64,000 bases of DNA from an uncultured Prevotella sp. (GTDB lineage Bacteria; Bacteroidota; Bacteroidia; Bacteroidales; Bacteroidaceae). Position 1 is the stretch's first letter. Every line of letters starts with the position of its first letter. Location: positions 214 to 64,213 of the forward strand of contig CAAGLS010000131.1 in the NCBI GenBank assembly GCA_900770845.1, given 5' to 3'. Below the pieces are notes generated by a model. The model saw nothing but the letters and a program-made list of their open reading frames with translations, was not told the DNA's origin and ran no database searches. Positions 59,065-64,000 of this stretch are shown here, piece after piece. The position numbers and the translations under genes are program-made.

Positions 59065-60852
59065 TCAGGCCAAGTATACCCGCTCTTTGGGTTTTAGGGC
59101 GGGGGTGAACAAATCGTCGTAGATAAATTGTTGGTACAAATTCTGCGGCATCCAAGCCGTGCAATTCATCTGGCTAAGAGGCAGCGATGGCATACCGGCC
59201 ATCGACACCTTGCCATTGGCGCTGTTCAGGCTTGGACGTTGAGGGAACGCTGTGCCTGAGCGGAACACCTGCATGGTGCGCTGGATGACGGGATCGCCGG
59301 TATTGACATATTGCGTCCAGGCCGATTCGTCGAGCATGTTGTAGATGATGCGACTCAAGAGGAAGCGCTCCAACAGTTGATGGCTCTTCTTGATGAGCAG
59401 GTTACGGCGTTTCAGGCCATGGCTCTCCCCGTAGGTGGCAAACTTCTCCACGATGTTCTGCTTCTTCAGATAGGCGGCCAAATCCTCCATCGTGTCAAAC
59501 TGCTTCAGCGTAGGCCTGTTGTTGTCGGTGTACTCGTAGGCATATTGCAGCATCAGTCCGCTTGTGGCAGCCAACTTGTAGTAGGAAGTGATGTCGGTGG
59601 TATCCTCGGGTACGAAGATGTCGGGCGTGATGCCGCCACCGCCATACACCACACGTCCAATGCTGGTGTGGTAGGCAGGTCCGATGTGCTTGATGCTGTC
59701 CTGCGAGAAGAACTCGCCGTGGTTGTAGCGTTGGAGGATGTCGAGTTCATAGTCCTCCTCGTCACCCGGCACGTAGGGCTTCTGAATGCAGCGGCCAGAG
59801 GGAGTGTAGTAGCGTGCTATGGTGAGTCGGATCATGCTTCCGTCGGGGAACTCAATCTGCTGTTGTACCAAGCCCTTGCCAAACGAGCGTCGGCCGATGA
59901 TGGTTGCGCGGTCGTTGTCCTGCATGGCTCCGGCAAAAATCTCGGCGGCCGATGCTGAACTCTCGTTGATGAGCACCACAAGCGGGATGCTCTGGTAGGC
60001 TCCGCGTCCATCGCTGCGATAGTCCTGTCGGGGCGACTTGCGTCCCTGGGTGTAGACGATGAGCTTGTTCTTGCTCAAGAACTCGTTGGCCATCTGCACG
60101 GCACTCTTCAGATAGCCGCCCGTGTTGTCGCGCAGGTCGATGACAAGGTTGTCGAATCCTTGTTTTGAGAGGTTGGCCAGTGCCACTATCAATTCGGGAT
60201 AGGTGTTCTCTCCGAAGTTCTTTACACGGATGTAGCCCGTGTTGTCGTCGAGCATATAGGCAGCCGAAATGCTTTTTTGCGGAATGTCGCCGCGCGTCAC
60301 GGTGTAGGTCTTGATGCCCTTTTGCCCGTAGCGCACTACGCCGATTCTCACCTTGGTGTCTTTGGGTCCCTTGAGTTTGTGCATGGCCTCCTCGTTGGTG
60401 ACGACTTTGCCCACAAACGGTTTCCCATCTACAGCGACAATCTTGTCGCCCGCCAATAGTCCGGCGCGTTCCGCCGGCCCGTTCTTGATGACATTCTGCA
60501 CGTGGATGGTGTCTTGGCGAATGGTGAACTCGATTCCCACACCCGAGAATGAACCCTTGAGGTCATCGGCTGCCGTTTGCATATCCTTGGCGCTGATGTA
60601 GACCGAGTGGGGGTCGAGGTCCTTGAGGATTTGGGGAATGGCCTTGTCGACAAGCGAGTCGATGTTGACTTCGTCCACGTATTGGTCGTCTATGATATGG
60701 AGCAGGTTGTTGAGCCTGTTGCTTCCCGAACCGATGATGTTGAGCCTGTTGCCCGAGAAGTGGTTGGAGAGGAACGAGCCCAACAGGATTCCGATGATGA
60801 CACAGAGTGCCATTATCAGGGGCATGAATCTATTTGATTTGTTTTGGTTCAT
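59065..60852 (-). CDS. S41-family C-terminal processing peptidase
   Basis: 595 aa. N-terminal TM anchor, PDZ domain, S41 catalytic region (…NESSASAAEIFAG…K). Confidence 0.85.
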   Translation of the reverse strand: MNQNKSNRFMPLIMALCVIIGILLGSFLSNHFSGNRLNIIGSGSNRLNNLLHIIDDQYVDEVNIDSLVDKAIPQILKDLDPHSVYISAKDMQTAADDLKGSFSGVGIEFTIRQDTIHVQNVIKNGPAERAGLLAGDKIVAVDGKPFVGKVVTNEEAMHKLKGPKDTKVRIGVVRYGQKGIKTYTVTRGDIPQKSISAAYMLDDNTGYIRVKNFGENTYPELIVALANLSKQGFDNLVIDLRDNTGGYLKSAVQMANEFLSKNKLIVYTQGRKSPRQDYRSDGRGAYQSIPLVVLINESSASAAEIFAGAMQDNDRATIIGRRSFGKGLVQQQIEFPDGSMIRLTIARYYTPSGRCIQKPYVPGDEEDYELDILQRYNHGEFFSQDSIKHIGPAYHTSIGRVVYGGGGITPDIFVPEDTTDITSYYKLAATSGLMLQYAYEYTDNNRPTLKQFDTMEDLAAYLKKQNIVEKFATYGESHGLKRRNLLIKKSHQLLERFLLSRIIYNMLDESAWTQYVNTGDPVIQRTMQVFRSGTAFPQRPSLNSANGKVSMAGMPSLPLSQMNCTAWMPQNLYQQFIYDDLFTPALKPKERVYLA

Positions 60853-60871
60853 CTTGAATGATTTCGAAACC

Positions 60872-61360
60872 TTATTGTTGTTCTTTGAAATTGTCGATGT
60901 CGAGATAGACGACCTCTACTCCGGCCCGCCGCAGAAGGTCAAGTCCATCGGTAAGGCGGTATTGCTCGCCGTAGACCACTCTCTTGATGCCTGCCTGGAT
61001 GATGAGTTTTGAACACTCGATGCAGGGTGAGGCCGTCACGTAGAGCGTGGCTCCATCCGAGTTGTTGTTGGAGCGGGCCAGTTTGGTGATGGCGTTGGCC
61101 TCGGCGTGCAGCACGTAGGGCTTGGTCAGGTTGTTGTCGTCCTCGCACACATTCTCGAATCCGCTCGGAGTCCCATTGTAGCCGTCGCTGATGATCATCT
61201 TGTCCTTCACCACCAAGGCTCCCACCTTACGGCGTTTGCAGTAGGAGTTCTCGGCCCATATCCTGGCCATTCTCAGATAGCGGTAGTCGAGCAGCTCGGC
61301 TTTCTTGTCGGTGCCCTCCATGTTTGACGGCTGATGATTCGTTAGCTCCATAATTGTCAT
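60872..61360 (-). CDS. Deoxycytidylate (dCMP) deaminase
   Basis: 162 aa. CMP/dCMP deaminase zinc motifs HAEANAI and PCIECSKLI. Confidence 0.85.
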   Translation of the reverse strand: MTIMELTNHQPSNMEGTDKKAELLDYRYLRMARIWAENSYCKRRKVGALVVKDKMIISDGYNGTPSGFENVCEDDNNLTKPYVLHAEANAITKLARSNNNSDGATLYVTASPCIECSKLIIQAGIKRVVYGEQYRLTDGLDLLRRAGVEVVYLDIDNFKEQQ

Positions 61361-63441
61361 TTTGTTTTCTTGATGCCGTTGCGTTCGAGCAGGGCGTCAA
61401 TGGTTGGGTCTTGTCCACGGAACCGGCGGTAGAGCGTGGCGGGATGCTCCGTGCCTCCACGCGAGAGGATGTTGTCGCGGAAGCTTTGGGCTGTCTTTTG
61501 GTCGAAGATTCCGTTTTTCTTGAACACGCTGAAGGCGTCTGCCTCCAGTACCTCGGCCCATTTGTAGCTGTAGTAGCCGGCCGCGTAGCCTCCCGCCATG
61601 ATGTGTGAGAACTGCGTCGTCATGCAGGTGTCGGGCAGTTGCTTTGTGATGATGGCCTTCTTCCAGGCTTGCTTCTCAAAGGGGATGATGTCGGCCGTGA
61701 AGGGTTCCTTCATGGTGTAGTAGGCCATGTCGAGCAGTCCGAAGCTCACCTGTCTGAGGCAAGAGTAGCCGACGAGGAAGTTGCGGCTCTTCACGATGCG
61801 CTCAATGAGGTCGTCGGGGATGGGCTCGCCGGTCTTGTAGTGGAAGGCAAACGTGCGGAGGAAATCCTTCTCCACTGCATAGTTCTCCATAAACTGCGAT
61901 GGGAGTTCTACGAAATCCCACCAAACGTTGGTTCCCGAGAGGCTCGCGAAGCGGGTGTTGGCGAACATTCCGTGGAGCGCATGGCCAAACTCGTGCAGGA
62001 AAGTCTCCACTTCCCCGAGTGTCAGCAGGGCGGGCTTCTCCTCTGTAGGCTTGGTGAGGTTCATCACCAACGACACGTGCGGACGCACATTGTTGCCCTT
62101 GTGGTCTATCCATTGTCCTTGGAATTCCGTCATCCACGCGCCTCCCTGCTTGCCTTTCCGTGGATGGAAGTCGGCATAGAGCACGGCGAGGTAGCTGCCG
62201 TCCTTGTCGAATACCTCGTAGGCCTTCACGTCGGGATGGTAGACGGGTATGTCTTTGTTTTCCTTGAAGGTGATTCCGTAGAGTCGTGTTGCCAGCCCGA
62301 AAACACCCTTGATGACATTGTTGATTTCGAAGTATGGGCGCAGCATCTCGGCGTCGAGGTTGTAGCGTTCCATCTTGAGTTTGTGGCTATAGAATGAGAA
62401 GTCCCACGGCTCCAGTTCGAAGTCGTCGCCCTCCAATTTCTTGGCCTCGGCCTCGATGTCCTTCAGCTCCTCCTGAGCAGTGGGCTTGTAGGCGTCGATC
62501 AGGTCGTTGAGCAGTTTGTACACGTTGCCCACATTGGAGGCCATCCGGTGTTTCAACACGTAGTCGGCGTAGGTGTCGAACCCAAGGAGCTGCGCCATCT
62601 CTCTTCTCAGGTTGATGAGCTGCCGGCAAATCTCCAAGTTGTTGTTCTCGTTGTCGTGGGTTCCTTCCGTTCCTCTTGCCATGAACATCCGCCTGCGCAG
62701 CTCGCGCTGGGTGGAATAGGTCATGAAGGGGGAGTAGGAGGGGAAGTCGAGGTTGAAGACCCACCCGTCCTTGCCTTTTTCCTTGGCCGCCAAGCGTGCG
62801 GCTTCCTTGGCCGTGTCGGGCAGTCCGTCGAGTTGAGCCTCGTCGGTGATGTGGAGTTCGAAGGCCTTGTTCTCTTTCAGCAGGTTTTGCGAGAACTGCA
62901 GTGCCAGCACTCCAGCTTTCTCCGTCATCCCGCGCAGCCGCTTCTTGCCCTCTTCGTCGAGCAGCGCACCGCTTCTCACGAATCCGTCGTAGGTGTTGTC
63001 GAGCAGCATCTGCTCTTCGGGCGTGAGCTGCCGGTGGTGCTCATGCACGTATTTGATGCGTTCAAAGAGCCGCTTGTTGAGGCTGATGTCGTTGGAGTGC
63101 TTGGTGAGAATAGGACTCATCTTCTGGGCCAGCGCGTCGAGGTCGTCGTTGGTCTCGGCGCTCAGCATGCAGGAGAACGTGTTGGAGACCCTGTTGAGCA
63201 GGTCATAGTAATGCTCGCCCTTGCTTTCGTCGATGTGGATAAGGGTGTTGTCGAACGTGGGTTCCTCGGGATTGTTGATGATTTCTTCGGTCTCCTCGTC
63301 TTCCCTTTTTATTCCTTCCATGAAGGCCTCCTCATAGTCGGCGGTTGTGATGTTGCCGAATGGCACGGTCTCGTGGGGCGTGTTGTAGGGGATAAGGAAA
63401 GGGTTCTGTTTGTGTTGATTCTCTATTTTGTTTTCACTCAT
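61357..63441 (-). CDS. dcp: M3-family metallopeptidase (peptidyl-dipeptidase Dcp-like)
   Basis: ORF 61357..63462 (start may be at MSENKIENQ). HEXXH zinc motif HEFGHALHGM. About 695 aa. Confidence 0.8.
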   Translation of the reverse strand: MSENKIENQHKQNPFLIPYNTPHETVPFGNITTADYEEAFMEGIKREDEETEEIINNPEEPTFDNTLIHIDESKGEHYYDLLNRVSNTFSCMLSAETNDDLDALAQKMSPILTKHSNDISLNKRLFERIKYVHEHHRQLTPEEQMLLDNTYDGFVRSGALLDEEGKKRLRGMTEKAGVLALQFSQNLLKENKAFELHITDEAQLDGLPDTAKEAARLAAKEKGKDGWVFNLDFPSYSPFMTYSTQRELRRRMFMARGTEGTHDNENNNLEICRQLINLRREMAQLLGFDTYADYVLKHRMASNVGNVYKLLNDLIDAYKPTAQEELKDIEAEAKKLEGDDFELEPWDFSFYSHKLKMERYNLDAEMLRPYFEINNVIKGVFGLATRLYGITFKENKDIPVYHPDVKAYEVFDKDGSYLAVLYADFHPRKGKQGGAWMTEFQGQWIDHKGNNVRPHVSLVMNLTKPTEEKPALLTLGEVETFLHEFGHALHGMFANTRFASLSGTNVWWDFVELPSQFMENYAVEKDFLRTFAFHYKTGEPIPDDLIERIVKSRNFLVGYSCLRQVSFGLLDMAYYTMKEPFTADIIPFEKQAWKKAIITKQLPDTCMTTQFSHIMAGGYAAGYYSYKWAEVLEADAFSVFKKNGIFDQKTAQSFRDNILSRGGTEHPATLYRRFRGQDPTIDALLERNGIKKTK

Positions 63442-63542
63442 ACTAAATCGATGCTTTTTCAATACGCAAATTTAGTAAAAATAATCTTGAACTCGCCTAT
63501 TTAAAAAGCATATTTAACACATAATGCATGTTAAGGTAGGCC

Positions 63543-64000
63543 TCAGCGCGACTGGAGCAGTTTCTCCAAGGCTGGAATGGTGATGATTCCCCTTTGGAGC
63601 GTTATCAATCCCTCGTCCTCCATGGCATTGAGTTGGATGGAGACATTGAGCCGGCTGTCGTTCACTTCCTCGGCCAGTCGGGTCATCTTGATGCGGAATG
63701 TCTTCTTGCCGGCTGGCTTTTCTGTGTGGATGAGGAAAAAGCGCAGGATGCGCTGGCGCAGGTTGGCGGGTGGGGTGTGCCACAACTGCAGCTCCTTTTT
63801 CTGCACCTGTGTGGAGAGCAGGTTGAGCCAGTTGATTTTGAAGATGAAGTAGCGGTCGAACATGCGGAACACCTCGTCTTTGTTCAGCAGCACGAAGCGG
63901 CACGTCTCCACGCATTGGTAGGAATGCAGGTAGCGCTGATGGAGGCCGAAGAGTGATGACGGTGCTACCAGACAGGGGGCCGGCAGGGATTCGGTGACGA
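63543..64000 (-). CDS. Crp/Fnr-family transcriptional regulator, partial. The N-terminal cNMP-binding part runs off the window edge.
   Basis: C-terminal HTH (…RIKMTRLAEEVNDSRLNVSIQLNAMEDEGLITLQRGIITI…). The 122 aa visible are too short for a full Crp/Fnr protein, so the gene is truncated by the window end. Confidence 0.6.
   Translation of the reverse strand, partial: VTESLPAPCLVAPSSLFGLHQRYLHSYQCVETCRFVLLNKDEVFRMFDRYFIFKINWLNLLSTQVQKKELQLWHTPPANLRQRILRFFLIHTEKPAGKKTFRIKMTRLAEEVNDSRLNVSIQLNAMEDEGLITLQRGIITIPALEKLLQSR

Overview
This 64-kb window reads as core chromosome of a Bacteroidota (Bacteroidales, Prevotella-like) genome with unusually high GC for the phylum (roughly mid-50s %). The phylum call rests on Bacteroidetes-type TAnnTTTG -7 promoter boxes, SpII lipoprotein signals and protein families typical of the group. 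Coding density is high and almost every gene is housekeeping. Left to right the recognisable genes are: panD-panC; a short glycogen-synthase-like gene with DUF4270/DUF5103-like/GT2/GT4 neighbours; a histidine-utilisation operon (ftcD-hutU-hutH-hutI); methylmalonyl-CoA decarboxylase-type carboxyltransferase plus BCCP; ruvC; rsmG; proS; ompA; mtgA; uvrD; nitroreductase; DUF4494; yggS; nspC; a ygiQ radical-SAM operon; plsC-like; pfp; a GH25 lysozyme; two tandem fadD paralogs; an FtsX-type permease; an aminotransferase; a tightly overlapped 4-gene operon (NTP-transferase / ATP-grasp-like / CDP-alcohol phosphatidyltransferase / HAD); a DUF5686 outer-membrane protein; tandem DUF4230 genes; DUF4738; ribH; recF-DUF721; 5-FTHF cyclo-ligase; S41 peptidase; dCMP deaminase; an M3 peptidase; and a partial Crp/Fnr regulator at the right edge. 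I saw no rRNA, tRNA, CRISPR array, transposase, integrase or phage genes, but this was read by eye only with no covariance search. Most of the many long opposite-strand ORFs in the track are GC-driven shadow ORFs. The non-obvious signals are non-coding. (1) An 83-bp module of three tandem 22-bp palindrome-bearing units occurs twice, at 1-83 and 27201-27283. The second copy sits in a 540-bp highly structured leader of the DUF4494 gene. (2) A ~270-bp MITE-like element with ~60-bp terminal inverted repeats lies at 30132-30403. (3) Two GC-rich blocks of nested palindromes and tandem repeats lie at 44984-45174 and 46540-46760. The gene-level items most worth follow-up are the ygiQ three-gene operon, the NTP-transferase/ATP-grasp/CDP-alcohol-transferase/HAD operon, and a 42-aa ORF translationally coupled to the DUF4270 gene. 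Coordinates derived by hand (repeats, hairpins, promoters, adjusted starts) may be off by a few bp.
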